Shown one piece after another: positions 34,443-44,191 of a stretch of 46,290 nt of DNA. The stretch is from Myxococcales bacterium (lineage in GTDB: Bacteria > Myxococcota > Myxococcia > Myxococcales > 40CM-4-68-19): assembly GCA_035655715.1 (NCBI GenBank), contig DASRTX010000197.1, positions 1 to 46,290 on the forward strand, written 5' to 3'. Each line of letters starts with the position of its first letter. The stretch's first letter is position 1. The translations under genes and the position numbers were made by a program. The notes beneath the pieces were generated by a model that had not been told where the DNA came from, did no database searches, and saw nothing but the letters and a program-made list of their open reading frames with translations.

Positions 34443-35195
34443 CTATTTCTTCTTCGGCTTCCGTACTCCGGGCGCAGACACCAGCTGCGCGCGGATCACC
34501 TTGCCGCGGACCTCTCCCACGGCCACCAGGGGCAGCCGGCGCTCGTCGTCGCTCACCCACACGTGCGCGGTGCGCTTGAGGCGCTCGTCGTCGATCCACA
34601 CCGCGTCGCCGTCGAAGCGCAGCGTATCGAACCGGCCCAGGGGCGTGTCGATGCTTTCCTTGGCCGCCATCTGGCCCGAGAGCCGCCATACCTTGCGGCC
34701 CGCGAACACCTCCATGCAGACCGGTTGCCCCAGGGGCAAGAGCCGCAGCACGTAGAGGGCGGAGATCATGTCCCGGACGCCGAGGTCGGCGCGGGCCTTC
34801 ACCGGCTCGGGCTCGCCGTTCTTGGTGGCGGTCACGGGAAGCTCGCCGGCCTGATCGGGAAAGTGCACCTCGGTGCCGCGGTGGACTTCGTTCTCGTCCA
34901 CGTCCTCGCGATAATGGAGCGGGGTGAAGTCCGGGCCGACCAGGGCGGTGGCAAAGGCTTCGTAACGCCCGATGTTGGTGGCGACGAAGGCGTTGGTCTT
35001 GGCGCGGGAGCTGAGCTGCGCAACCGCCGTCTTTTCCGACTCGGGCGGCGGCTCGGCGCGGACCTCGAAGATGCCCACGTCGGCGCCCAGCGCGTCGAGC
35101 CGGTACTTGAGGACCTCTCCGGCGGCGAACTTCGCGGCCGGCAGGTGCTGCGGCGGGCAGAGCGAGGCGACGAGCAGGGCGAGCATGGCAGCCAT
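34443..35195 (-). CDS. DUF3108-like secreted protein
   Basis: 250 aa starting MAAMLALLVASLC. GEVLKYRLDALGADVG pattern. Lies 31 nt downstream of the preceding minus-strand gene. The listed 403-aa ORF is a run-on. Confidence 0.55.
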   Translation of the reverse strand: MAAMLALLVASLCPPQHLPAAKFAAGEVLKYRLDALGADVGIFEVRAEPPPESEKTAVAQLSSRAKTNAFVATNIGRYEAFATALVGPDFTPLHYREDVDENEVHRGTEVHFPDQAGELPVTATKNGEPEPVKARADLGVRDMISALYVLRLLPLGQPVCMEVFAGRKVWRLSGQMAAKESIDTPLGRFDTLRFDGDAVWIDDERLKRTAHVWVSDDERRLPLVAVGEVRGKVIRAQLVSAPGVRKPKKK

Positions 35196-35226
35196 ACCTA
35201 GCAGACTCCGCCGCTGCTGCAGCGAT

Positions 35227-36834
35227 TCACCGCGCGCCGAGCTTTCGCGCCGATTGCAACGCCTCGATGCGCGCGGCCAGGTGCTCTCGCATTTGCGCGT
35301 AAGCCTTGGGGTCGCGCGAGAACCCGCGCAACGAAGGCGCCACTGCCCGGGCCTCGGCGCGGGCGAGCGAGGGGTCGCCCAGCTGCGCGCAGAGCGACAG
35401 GTAGGCGTGGTCCGCCAGCGAGCGCGCGATCTGCACGACGCGCAGCGACTCCACCGGCACGTCGTGCCGCCCGCCGATGCGCGCCGGCGTCCCCGGGTAA
35501 TAGAGCGTGCCGTCCCCGTTGCCGCCGAACGCCCATTGGGACGTCCAGGGGTCGCCGTGGTCGTAGGCGTAGACCACGTCGAAGTAGAGCTCGCCCGCGA
35601 TGTCGTTGGCGAAGGCCAGGGCGCCCATGGCGCGCGCGGCCGTGGCGGGCGCATCGATCATGTAGCTGGGCCAGCCGCGGAACGCAGGGTCGAGCACCGG
35701 CTTCCCGTCGCTGCTGCAGCCGTGCGACATGCAGCTCTGGTACCACCAGAGCTTGTCGTACTTCGCCCGCGGGACGGCGCGCGGGCAGATCTCGTTCTTC
35801 TCGCCCACGCAGTTGAGCACCGGGGTCCAGAGATCCACGTCAGGCAGCGCCGCCGTCCACGGCGCGGTGACCAGCCGTCGCACGTCGGGCGCATCCTCGC
35901 GCAGCTCGCGCGCCTTCTCCTCGACTCCGGGAAAGGCGTCGGGCGAAGGCTCGTCCTCCACGTAGCGGAAGAGGCGGTCCAACCAACCTCGCTGCCGGAA
36001 GTGCTCTTGCCACTGGCGGCGCCACGAGCGCCGCTGCGCCCGCGAAAGCTTCCCCGGCTCCCGCAGCTCCACCGAGGTCCAACGCGCGCCGCCGGGCAGG
36101 GCGGCGCCGTCGAGAAAGGGACCGACCTCCGCGTCGTAGCTGGTCCAGTCGATGCGCACGCCGTCGTCGTCTTTCTGGAAGGACGGCGGGTCCTGGGTGC
36201 CGCCGATCAGCGTGATGCCGCGGCGCAGGGCCATCAGATCGTAGGCCCGGGTGAGCTCGCGCGCCGCCTCCGCAGAGCGCCCGTGCCCCCGCGCTGCCGA
36301 ATAGCCCGAGAACCCGAACGCGGTGACCAGCGGCGGCGTGAGGGGAAGGTCGAAGGCCCGCGCCCGCACCTCCACCGGCACGTCCATGCCGCCTCCCTGC
36401 CACGAGAGGCGGACCGAACCGGCCAGGCGCGAAGGTCCCGCTCCGCGGGGCAGGCAGGCCTCGACGAACACGGCCTGTGCGCGTCCCGCCCTGACGTCCA
36501 CCGGGAATGCGTTCCGCGCCTCCCCATAGATGGTGTCGCGTGACGGGATGAGCGGGTCGGGCCACTCGCCCGAGCCTCCGTCGGGACCCGACGGCAGCGT
36601 TACCGCGACGGTGGCGACGCGATACACGTCAAGCTTCAACTTCCCCTTGGAAGCCGCTGTAAGGCCGATTGCCGGCCCCCGCACCACCAGCTGCGCGCCG
36701 GCGCATTCGCCTCCCGCGGCCGCAAGCCGGATGCGGGGCGCGCGCGCCGCCGCGGCCGGAGGGGTCGCGTCGGGTCGGACCTTCTCGGATTCGTCCGCGA
36801 CCCAGATCTGCAGCAAGGCCAACAGGAGCAGCAT
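35227..36834 (-). CDS. DUF4091/GH123-like secreted protein
   Basis: 535 aa with a hydrophobic N-terminus. WWYQSCMSHGC and a C-terminal pattern typical of DUF4091. Tentative. Confidence 0.5.
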   Translation of the reverse strand: MLLLLALLQIWVADESEKVRPDATPPAAAARAPRIRLAAAGGECAGAQLVVRGPAIGLTAASKGKLKLDVYRVATVAVTLPSGPDGGSGEWPDPLIPSRDTIYGEARNAFPVDVRAGRAQAVFVEACLPRGAGPSRLAGSVRLSWQGGGMDVPVEVRARAFDLPLTPPLVTAFGFSGYSAARGHGRSAEAARELTRAYDLMALRRGITLIGGTQDPPSFQKDDDGVRIDWTSYDAEVGPFLDGAALPGGARWTSVELREPGKLSRAQRRSWRRQWQEHFRQRGWLDRLFRYVEDEPSPDAFPGVEEKARELREDAPDVRRLVTAPWTAALPDVDLWTPVLNCVGEKNEICPRAVPRAKYDKLWWYQSCMSHGCSSDGKPVLDPAFRGWPSYMIDAPATAARAMGALAFANDIAGELYFDVVYAYDHGDPWTSQWAFGGNGDGTLYYPGTPARIGGRHDVPVESLRVVQIARSLADHAYLSLCAQLGDPSLARAEARAVAPSLRGFSRDPKAYAQMREHLAARIEALQSARKLGAR

Positions 36835-36934
36835 GGCGGCTCAAGGTGCTGCGCGGCCCCCGGAAGGGCAACCGCCCGCAGGGCCGAGTGTGACGGGGCG
36901 CACGGGCGCAGCGTTTGGCGTTACACTTCCGCGC

Positions 36935-37162
36935 ATGGCTTCCACGAAAGATCCGGCCGCCGGGTACGTCGACGAAGACGAGAGCGAGGCCGGGATGCCG
37001 AGCGCGAAGAGCAAGTTCTCCGAATTCGAATGTCCCGCCTGCAGCGCCAACAATCCCTTCGACGATTTCGGCAACAACGACGAGGTGCTCTGCAACTGGT
37101 GCGGGCTGCAGTTCAAGGCGCTGGTGGACGAGGACGGCGTCCTCAAGCTGAAGGAACTGTGA
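36935..37162 (+). CDS. Small zinc-ribbon protein (75 aa)
   Basis: CPAC...N18...CNWC motif. Its stop overlaps the fdhD GTG (GTGA at 37159..37162). Confidence 0.6.
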   Translation: MASTKDPAAGYVDEDESEAGMPSAKSKFSEFECPACSANNPFDDFGNNDEVLCNWCGLQFKALVDEDGVLKLKEL

Positions 37163-37983
37163 AAGGGGTCGCGCGCAGGGAGGTGCGGCGGGTGATGCAG
37201 GGCGTGCTCTCGCCCGCCACCGAGGACGACGTGGTGGCGGAGGAACCGCTGGAGATCCGCGCCCAGGGCGAGACGCTGGCCATCACCATGCGCACGCCGG
37301 GGGCGGACCGCGAGCTGGCGGTGGGGTTCTTGCTCTCGGAAGGCGTGCTGCGCTCGCGCGACGACGTGGGGCGGGTGGCGCATTGCGGGCGGCCCGATCA
37401 GGAAGGCTTCGGCAACACCATCGACGTGGCGCCGGCCGGTGGGTCGGACTTCGACATCGATCGGCTCTCCGCCACCCGGCGCGGCACGCTCACCACCGCC
37501 GCGTGCGGCGTGTGCGGCAGGCGCAGCGTCGACGACGTGATCGCGCGCTGCACGCCGCTGCCGGTGGCGAAGGGGGTGCTCGCGGTGGCCACCGTATCCG
37601 CCGCCGTCGAAGGACTGCGTGGGAGGCAGCCCAATTTCGCCCGCACCGGGGGCGTCCACGGCGCCGCGCTGCACGACAAGGACGGCGCGGTGCTCTCCGC
37701 CTTCGAGGACATCGGCCGCCACAATGCCGTGGACAAGGTGGTGGGCGCGCTGGTCATTTCGGGGCGCATTCCCGGCCACGACGCGGCCCTCTTGGTGGTC
37801 AGCGGCCGGGCGTCCTACGAAGTGGTGCAGAAGGCGTCCGCCGCGGGCGTGCCGGTGGTGGCCAGCGTCTCGGCTGCATCGTCGCTGGCGGTGGACCTGG
37901 CCCGGGCCACCGGCATCACCCTCTGCGGTTTCGTGCGCAACGGCGGCATGACCGTCTATGCGCACGCCGAACGGCTCGGCTGA
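37159..37983 (+). CDS. fdhD: Formate dehydrogenase accessory sulfurtransferase
   Basis: EEPLEIR..G..LAITMRTPG.D.ELAVGFL, TAACGVCG and GRHNAVDKV. Alternative start at ATG 37195. Confidence 0.88.
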   Translation: MKGVARREVRRVMQGVLSPATEDDVVAEEPLEIRAQGETLAITMRTPGADRELAVGFLLSEGVLRSRDDVGRVAHCGRPDQEGFGNTIDVAPAGGSDFDIDRLSATRRGTLTTAACGVCGRRSVDDVIARCTPLPVAKGVLAVATVSAAVEGLRGRQPNFARTGGVHGAALHDKDGAVLSAFEDIGRHNAVDKVVGALVISGRIPGHDAALLVVSGRASYEVVQKASAAGVPVVASVSAASSLAVDLARATGITLCGFVRNGGMTVYAHAERLG

Positions 37984-38001
37984 GCGTCGCCCGAACTAGA
38001 A

Positions 38002-38442
38002 CTAGAACCTTGCGCCGTAGACCGGCATCGGGGAGTTGAAGCCCGTCTGCCGCTCGTCGGAGTATGGCCCGTGCGCGTAGGCCCGGTCCGCGTTGGACGA
38101 TGCGTCCGCGACGCCGACGATCAGGCCCACGCCGAGGCCGATGCCCGCGCCGATCAGCACGTCGCGCTGCCAGTTGCCCCAGCCTTCGTTCTGCACGTAG
38201 TTGCGATACGCCGCCACGCCGCCGCCGGCCAGTGCGCCCAGCGCCGCGCCGCCGATGGCGTCGGTGACGATGATGCTGCCCGCCGGGCGGTGGCCCTGCA
38301 CTTCCACCACGTCGTCGGGGAGTGAGGTCTTGGGCGCGGTCCGCGCCGCGTTCTCGTCCAGCGTCACCCGCACGTCGTTCGCCATCGCGGCCGCCGGCAG
38401 AGCCAGCGCGCACGCGCAAGCCATCGCAACGATTTTCAGCAT
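38002..38442 (-). CDS. Small secreted glycine-zipper protein
   Basis: AAGGAGA RBS before ATG 38442. Signal peptide MLKIVAMACACALALPAAAMA. GGAALGALAGGG and GAGIGLGVGLIVG tracts. Confidence 0.65.
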   Translation of the reverse strand: MLKIVAMACACALALPAAAMANDVRVTLDENAARTAPKTSLPDDVVEVQGHRPAGSIIVTDAIGGAALGALAGGGVAAYRNYVQNEGWGNWQRDVLIGAGIGLGVGLIVGVADASSNADRAYAHGPYSDERQTGFNSPMPVYGARF

Positions 38443-38516
38443 GCTCGTCTCCTTGTGTGAGTAAAGCTGCTGACCCGGGGGTAGATCCGGCAAGCCTCAG
38501 ACAGGAGAGCGAGCGC

Positions 38517-39887
38517 CTACTTCTTCGCAGCCTGGCGACGGCGGGCCCGGGCAGTCTTGGCTTGCCGTCTTCGTTCGAGGAAGCCCAACGGCTTCTCCGC
38601 CGGCTTTCGTTCTGGGACCGGAGGAGGAGGAGGAGGGGGAGGACGCGCGGCTTCCTGCAGCGGCCGTCCCCAGGTGCGACCCACCGGAGCGTCGGAGCGG
38701 CGCGACTCGACCGCAAACCAGAGCACGCGCCGCACCACCAGGGTTGCGTACGCGCCGGGCGGCAGGGTGAAGGACAGGTTCACCTTGAGCCGGCCACGGT
38801 TCAGCTCGTCGGGCCGGGGCTCGTTGACCCGCAGCTTGCCCGGCACGACGAACAGCGGCCGCTCTTCGTGCTTGAAGAAGAGCTGCGGGGTCTCCGGAAC
38901 GCGCAGGTCTTCGAGCCTGAGCTGCTGCAGGCGCAGCGCCCCCAGCGCCGCCTCGCGGACCTGGTCGTCCTCGAAGGTCGAGTCCGGCGCCAGCAGGGGA
39001 AAGCCCGCCGACCACAGCTCGTCGCGCAGCTCGCGCGGCAAGGCGCGGGGGAAGACCAGCGCGCCGGCCTGGTAGCGCAGCCCGATCAGCTCGGCGGCGG
39101 GAATCCTCGTGGAGAGATAGCGCTTCACGCCTTCGTTCCAGACGAAGCTCTGCAGCTCGAAGAGGGCCATCGCCCGGATCCGGCGGTCGATGTGCAGGAA
39201 GGCGCCCTTGAAGTCGCGGGGGTCCTCGCGCAGCCGGCGCAGCACCGGCGCGTAGCGCTTGCCGGCGTCTTGCGGCGCGCGCAGCTGCCACTCGCCCCAG
39301 TGGTCGCGCCAGAACGCCTTCACCTTGGCGTCGTCGCTGTGGTCCAGCTCGCTGGGCGTGGCGAGGAAGGCCTTCAGCGCCGCCTCCCAGTTCCCGCGCA
39401 CCAAGTGCTTGGCGATGAAGCCCTGGCCGTGCTTGAGGAAGCCGAAGCGCTGCGAGTCGAAGTAGTTGACCACGCCCGCGCGCTGCACCTCGGCCACGCT
39501 CTCCCCGACGCGCCCCGCCTCCTCGCGGGAGAGGTCGCGGACCGTCACCTCGAAGCGGTTGGCCGAGATGTTGGCGGAAGAGAGCGGCTGGGGTGTGCGC
39601 CCGATCAGCTGGAGGCGCAGATCTCCGGTCTGCACCACCTCCGAGGGCCCCAGGGACCCGCCGAGCACGCCCACCAACTGCTCGGTGCGGCCCTGCTTGT
39701 CCTTCAGCCCGCAGATGGAGAGGTCCCGGCGCCGCACCGCGAATTCCTTGGAGATGCGCTCCAACGCCTGCAGGGTGGACACTTTCTGCTTGTCCATCCG
39801 GTACACCCAGACGCGCCCTTCCGGGTCCTGATCGAACCGGTAGCCCTCGCGCACGACGAAATCCTCGGGACGCTGCTTGATCTTCAC
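38517..39887 (-). CDS. truD: tRNA pseudouridine(13) synthase
   Basis: KQRPEDFVVRE, CGLKDKQGRTEQ and NYFDSQRFG motifs. Pro-rich and basic C-terminal extension. Confidence 0.88.
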   Translation of the reverse strand: MKIKQRPEDFVVREGYRFDQDPEGRVWVYRMDKQKVSTLQALERISKEFAVRRRDLSICGLKDKQGRTEQLVGVLGGSLGPSEVVQTGDLRLQLIGRTPQPLSSANISANRFEVTVRDLSREEAGRVGESVAEVQRAGVVNYFDSQRFGFLKHGQGFIAKHLVRGNWEAALKAFLATPSELDHSDDAKVKAFWRDHWGEWQLRAPQDAGKRYAPVLRRLREDPRDFKGAFLHIDRRIRAMALFELQSFVWNEGVKRYLSTRIPAAELIGLRYQAGALVFPRALPRELRDELWSAGFPLLAPDSTFEDDQVREAALGALRLQQLRLEDLRVPETPQLFFKHEERPLFVVPGKLRVNEPRPDELNRGRLKVNLSFTLPPGAYATLVVRRVLWFAVESRRSDAPVGRTWGRPLQEAARPPPPPPPPVPERKPAEKPLGFLERRRQAKTARARRRQAAKK

Positions 39888-39955
39888 GCGGCGCGGTTAC
39901 CAGATGCGGCAGGGCCCGTAAAGGACGTGGTAGGCTTCCTCTCCGGGGGAAGAGC

Positions 39956-41707
39956 TTGTCCGTCTGCGCCGTCTGCTATCGCGACAACGAGCCGGTCGCC
40001 GGTCGATGCCCGAGCTGTGGCGCGCCTCGCGCGGAGGCGGCCCGTCCGCTCTCCGCCGACGGAGCGCCCACCCAGGGCACGCAGCCGCGCGCGGAGCGGG
40101 CCCAGGGCGCCCATGCCGGGCCCAGGCTGGTGCTCAAGGGAACCGCCGACCCCGCCGTCTACCCGCTGGTGGAGACCAACGTGCTGGGGCGCAGCACCAC
40201 GGCGTCGGTGAAGCTGGCCGACCGCGAGGTCTCGCGCAAGCACAGCCAGGTGGATCGCGAAGGCGGGGAGTTCGTGCTGCGCGACCTCGGCTCCTCCAAC
40301 GGCACCTTCCTCAACGGCAAGCGCATCTTCGGGCCGATGAAGCTGAAGGACGGCGACGAGGTGATGATCGGCACCTCGAAGATGGAGTTCCGGCTCACCA
40401 ACGGGCCGGTCCGCGCCCGCAACGCGGAGATCGTCCATACCGGCCACACCGGCGAGCTGGAGGGGGTGGTGGCGCGCAGCGTGGCCAAGGCCACCTTCGC
40501 TCCGGTCGAGCAGATCCAGGACACCGCCCAGTTGGAGCGCGACTACGAGCGGCTGCGCATCGGGCACGAGTTCTCCAACTACGTGCGGCTGGAGCGCGAT
40601 CTCAACGAGCTGCTCGGCCGGATACTCCAGATCGCCTTCGACCTGATCCCCTGCGACAACGGGGTAATCCTGATAGCCGATCCGCACTCGCACGAGCTGG
40701 TGATCCAGGCCATGCGCCAGCGCAGGCCGGGGGAGGGCAAGGTGCTGGTGTCCGACACGCTCCTGGCGGCGGTGCAGGCGCGCAAGGAGGGCGTGCTCAC
40801 CAGCGACGCCATCGCCGACGAGCGCTTCGCAGCCTCGCACTCGATCATCGCGGCGGGCGTCCGGTCGGCCATGGCGGTGCCGCTGCTCTCCTCGTCGGGA
40901 GACGCGGTCAAGGGCGTCATGTTTCTCGACTCGCGCGAGCGCATCGCCGCCTTCACCACCAAGGACCTGGAGGTGCTCTCCGCCATCGCCGCGCAAGCCT
41001 CGGTGGCGCTGGAGAACAGCGAGTACGCGCGCGCCCTGGAGCACGAGGCCACCCAGCGCGCGCAGCTGGCGCGCTTCCTCTCGCCCGCGCTGGTGGAGCA
41101 GGCGGCGCGCGGCAGCATCGACCTGGCCAAGGGCGGCCAGCTCACCGAGCTGACCATCCTCTTCAGCGACATCAGGGGATTCACCTCCATCTCGGAGAAG
41201 ATGCCGGCGCAGGAAGTGGTCCGCATGCTCAACGACTACTTCGAGCTGATGGTGGACATCCTCTTCGAGCACCACGGCATCCTCGACAAGTTCATCGGCG
41301 ACGCGCTGATGGGCCTGTGGGGAGCGCCGCTGCGGCGGCCCGACGATGCCACCCAGGCGGTGCGCGCCGCGGTGAAGATGCAGAAGCGGCTTCTGGAGTG
41401 GAACGAGGATCGCGTCGCCTCGGGCAAGGTGCCCATCGAGATCGGCATCGGGCTGCACACCGGGCACGTGGTGGTGGGCAACATGGGCTCCAACAAGGCG
41501 CTCAGCTACACCGCCATCGGCGACGGCGTGAACCTGGCCTCCCGCCTCTGCGGCATCGCCCGGGAGGGGATGGTGGTGGTCTCGCAGGAGTGCGCCCAAC
41601 GCGCAGGCAAGCACAACTTCGTGATGGAAGCCCTGCCCCCGGCGAAGGTGAAGAACCGCGAGGCGCCCGTCGAGATCTTCAGGGTGCTGGAAGCCCGCGA
41701 CGTTTGA
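39956..41707 (+). CDS. Zinc-ribbon / FHA / GAF / class III adenylate-guanylate cyclase
   Basis: CAVC..N10..CPSC. FHA region (GRS....V.L.D.EVSRKH...LRDLGSSNGTFLNG). A GAF-like middle region. Cyclase motifs LFSDIRGFT and KFIGDALM. TTG start after GGGGGAAGAG. Confidence 0.85.
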   Translation: MSVCAVCYRDNEPVAGRCPSCGAPRAEAARPLSADGAPTQGTQPRAERAQGAHAGPRLVLKGTADPAVYPLVETNVLGRSTTASVKLADREVSRKHSQVDREGGEFVLRDLGSSNGTFLNGKRIFGPMKLKDGDEVMIGTSKMEFRLTNGPVRARNAEIVHTGHTGELEGVVARSVAKATFAPVEQIQDTAQLERDYERLRIGHEFSNYVRLERDLNELLGRILQIAFDLIPCDNGVILIADPHSHELVIQAMRQRRPGEGKVLVSDTLLAAVQARKEGVLTSDAIADERFAASHSIIAAGVRSAMAVPLLSSSGDAVKGVMFLDSRERIAAFTTKDLEVLSAIAAQASVALENSEYARALEHEATQRAQLARFLSPALVEQAARGSIDLAKGGQLTELTILFSDIRGFTSISEKMPAQEVVRMLNDYFELMVDILFEHHGILDKFIGDALMGLWGAPLRRPDDATQAVRAAVKMQKRLLEWNEDRVASGKVPIEIGIGLHTGHVVVGNMGSNKALSYTAIGDGVNLASRLCGIAREGMVVVSQECAQRAGKHNFVMEALPPAKVKNREAPVEIFRVLEARDV

Positions 41708-41863
41708 GTGGGGGGTCCAGGGGGGAGGCGCGGAGCCCCCCTGGTGGAGGCGCGGAGCGCCGGATCCAGAGCTTCGCACGACCATGTCCGCGGTCGCGCA
41801 AGCAGAGCGTTCCTTCAAGGCCGAAAACTTGCGCTCCCGATCGACCTGGGGACACTTGCCCAC

Positions 41864-43042
41864 ATGGCTGACAAGGCAGCGTCGAAGTCGCAGCCGCCCG
41901 TCCAGAAGAAGCGCGCCGTCCAGCGGTGCCCCAACTGCGACATCCGCTGCGACGTCAGCCTCTTCGTCGACGGATCGCTGGCGCGCTGCGGGCACTGCGG
42001 CGTGCGCTTCGAGGTTCATCGCGAGAAGACGCCGCCGCCCGCGGTTCCACCGCCTCCCAGGGCGCCCCCGGGTCCCTTCCCGCAGCTCGACGGGTTCTGT
42101 GTCCTCGAGCGCATCGGGCAGGGCGGGATGGGCGAGGTCTTCCGCTGCACCCGCAACTCCGACCGGCTGCCGGTGGCGGTCAAGATCCTCACCCCGCAGA
42201 TGGCCGCCGTGCCCGACTACGTGCGCCGCTTCGGCCGCGAGGCCGCCGCCATGGCGCAGCTGGATCATCCTGGCATCGTCCGGCTGCTGGGGCGGGGCAA
42301 GGCGGGGCAGCACGTCTACATCGCCATGGAGCTGATCGAGGGCCAGTCGCTGCGGATGTGGGCGCACGCGAACCGGCCCACGGCGGGGCAGCTGGCCCGG
42401 CTCCTCTCGCAGGTGGCGCACGCGCTCGCCTACGCCCACGCGCGGGCCGTGGTGCACCGCGATCTCAAGCCCGACAACGTGCTGGTGACGAAGGATCTGA
42501 AAACCAAGGTGCTGGACTTCGGGCTCGCCGGACTCCACGCCGAGGGCGCGGAGTGCCTGACGCAGAGCCACGTGGCGATGGGAACGGCCAACTACATGGC
42601 GCCCGAGCAGCGCAAGGACGCCAAGCGCGCCGACCACAAGGCGGACATCTATTCGTTCGGCGTGATGATGTACGAGCTGCTCACGGCGGAGCTGCCGGTG
42701 GGGAAGTACCCGACGCCTTCGAAGGCGGTGGCCGGACTCGATCCGCGCTGGGACGCGCTGATCGAGCGCTGTCTCGAGCAGAGCCCCGCGGCGCGTCCGC
42801 ACAGCTCGCTGGAGCTGGCGCATGCGCTGGAGGCGATCGCCGGGATCGCGGCGCCCACCCAGGTGGCGCCGAGGACGAAGAAGAACGTGGCGAAGTCCGG
42901 CGTCTGGTCGTGGTTGGGTCTCGGGACGGCGGTCGCGGTGATCTTCGGGGTGGTCAGCCTGCGCATGGCCATGGATCACAAGGCGCCGCGGCCTCAAGCG
43001 GCGGCGACGCGGGCGGTGCCCAAGAGGCTGGCGCGCAGGTAG
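41864..43042 (+). CDS. Ser/Thr protein kinase with N-terminal MJ0042-type zinc ribbon and C-terminal TM helix
   Basis: CPNC...CGHCG. GQGGMGEVF, VAVK, HRDLKPDN, DFG and APE motifs. TM helix VWSWLGLGTAVAVIFGVVSL. Confidence 0.9.
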   Translation: MADKAASKSQPPVQKKRAVQRCPNCDIRCDVSLFVDGSLARCGHCGVRFEVHREKTPPPAVPPPPRAPPGPFPQLDGFCVLERIGQGGMGEVFRCTRNSDRLPVAVKILTPQMAAVPDYVRRFGREAAAMAQLDHPGIVRLLGRGKAGQHVYIAMELIEGQSLRMWAHANRPTAGQLARLLSQVAHALAYAHARAVVHRDLKPDNVLVTKDLKTKVLDFGLAGLHAEGAECLTQSHVAMGTANYMAPEQRKDAKRADHKADIYSFGVMMYELLTAELPVGKYPTPSKAVAGLDPRWDALIERCLEQSPAARPHSSLELAHALEAIAGIAAPTQVAPRTKKNVAKSGVWSWLGLGTAVAVIFGVVSLRMAMDHKAPRPQAAATRAVPKRLARR

Positions 43043-43053
43043 GGCCCGCGCTG

Positions 43054-43254
43054 CTACGTCTTCGCGGCGCCGTTGCGAGGCTTGTAGAACAGCACAATCG
43101 TCAGGCAATGGAACTCGTTGTCGCTGGACTGGATCACGGTCCGGTCGACGATTTCGAGATCCGCGTTGGCGCGCAGCCACCGCGTTACCTGCTCCCCGAG
43201 ATCGTCGCGTTCCTTCGCCTTCGTCGCTGAAAACACCTTCACTCCGGTGAACAT
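43054..43254 (-). CDS. Hypothetical small protein (66 aa)
   Basis: MFTGVKVFSATKAKERDDLGEQVTRWLRANADLEIVDRTVIQSSDNEFHCLTIVLFYK. Start chosen at the internal ATG. Confidence 0.45.
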   Translation of the reverse strand: MFTGVKVFSATKAKERDDLGEQVTRWLRANADLEIVDRTVIQSSDNEFHCLTIVLFYKPRNGAAKT

Positions 43255-43365
43255 CCCGCCCCCTCCCGTGCCTGACGGAGGATCATCCACTCGGCCGTCC
43301 ATATGTCAAATCTACAGGCTTGCGGAACGACCCGTGCGCTCACACCCTTGCCGTCGGGGGTGCGG

Positions 43366-43659
43366 ATGGGGACGCCGGCCGAGCAACTGGACTCCGCGCG
43401 CAAGCGCGAACTGGCCATCGAATTCATTCGCCGTATCCGGGCGATGGATCGCGATCGCCTGCACAACCTGATCCTGCGCCAGGCAGGCGAGGAGCTGGCG
43501 CAGTTCTTCCTCGCCTACGCCACCGATCTGATGGAGCGGGAGCCGGCGCGCGCCTCGGAAAACGCCTCGTCGCTGCTGCTGATCGGCTACCTGATCCGCT
43601 GCTTCGAGGAGGATCTCGAGCTGCGCGGCGCGGCGCAGAACGGTTTGCTGCTGCACTGA
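43366..43659 (+). CDS. Hypothetical helical protein
   Basis: ORF 43303..43659. The internal ATG at 43366 is preferred. No recognised domain. Confidence 0.4.
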   Translation: MGTPAEQLDSARKRELAIEFIRRIRAMDRDRLHNLILRQAGEELAQFFLAYATDLMEREPARASENASSLLLIGYLIRCFEEDLELRGAAQNGLLLH

Positions 43660-43702
43660 TCGCCGCTCTGGCGCCGCAGGCAGGCGATACCTACCTTGGC
43701 GC

Positions 43703-44182
43703 ATGTCGCAGGGCCCGCAACCCTTGCCGTCGAAGGACGCGTTCCAGCGCCTGATCGACGGTCTGCAGACGTTGGTCCGCGAGCACATGGCGCTCGCGCG
43801 AGAAGAGCTCAAGCAGGACGTCCGCGGCCTGGGCCGCGAGGTCCTGGCCAGCGCCGCCGGCCTGCCGGCGCTCGCGGCGGGATACCTCCTCATGATGATG
43901 GCGTTGGGGTACCTGCTCGCGATCTGGCTCCCCGCCTGGGCGGCCTTCGCGATCGTGGGCGCCCTCAACCTCGGCGCCGGCGCCGCCATCACGGCCACCG
44001 GCATCCGCAAGGCGATGTCGCGGCGGTTGGATCTGCCGCGCACCGCCGAGGAGCTGCGCCAGGACAAGCAGTGGATCGCCGCCATGAAAGACGCGCCGCC
44101 CGCGCAGGTGGACGGCCAGCTACCCGCGCGGCCGCTGGAAGGGGCGCGGCAGCCGCCGCAGCCGGCCTCGCATCCGCATTGA
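43703..44182 (+). CDS. Holin-X/YqjE-like (PF07332-type) inner-membrane protein
   Basis: LVREHMALAREELKQD followed by two TM helices. Typical of proteins annotated as phage holin family protein. Confidence 0.65.
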   Translation: MSQGPQPLPSKDAFQRLIDGLQTLVREHMALAREELKQDVRGLGREVLASAAGLPALAAGYLLMMMALGYLLAIWLPAWAAFAIVGALNLGAGAAITATGIRKAMSRRLDLPRTAEELRQDKQWIAAMKDAPPAQVDGQLPARPLEGARQPPQPASHPH

Positions 44183-44191
44183 GGGGACAAC

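Noticed and set aside
39884-43180. 1098-aa minus-strand ORF
   Set aside because: It lies antisense to the cyclase and the Ser/Thr kinase, both of which have clear catalytic motifs.
43703-44182. Holin-family gene as evidence of a prophage lysis cassette
   Set aside because: No endolysin, spanin, or structural or integrase genes are nearby. The neighbours match the cellular yqjD/yqjE-type cluster.
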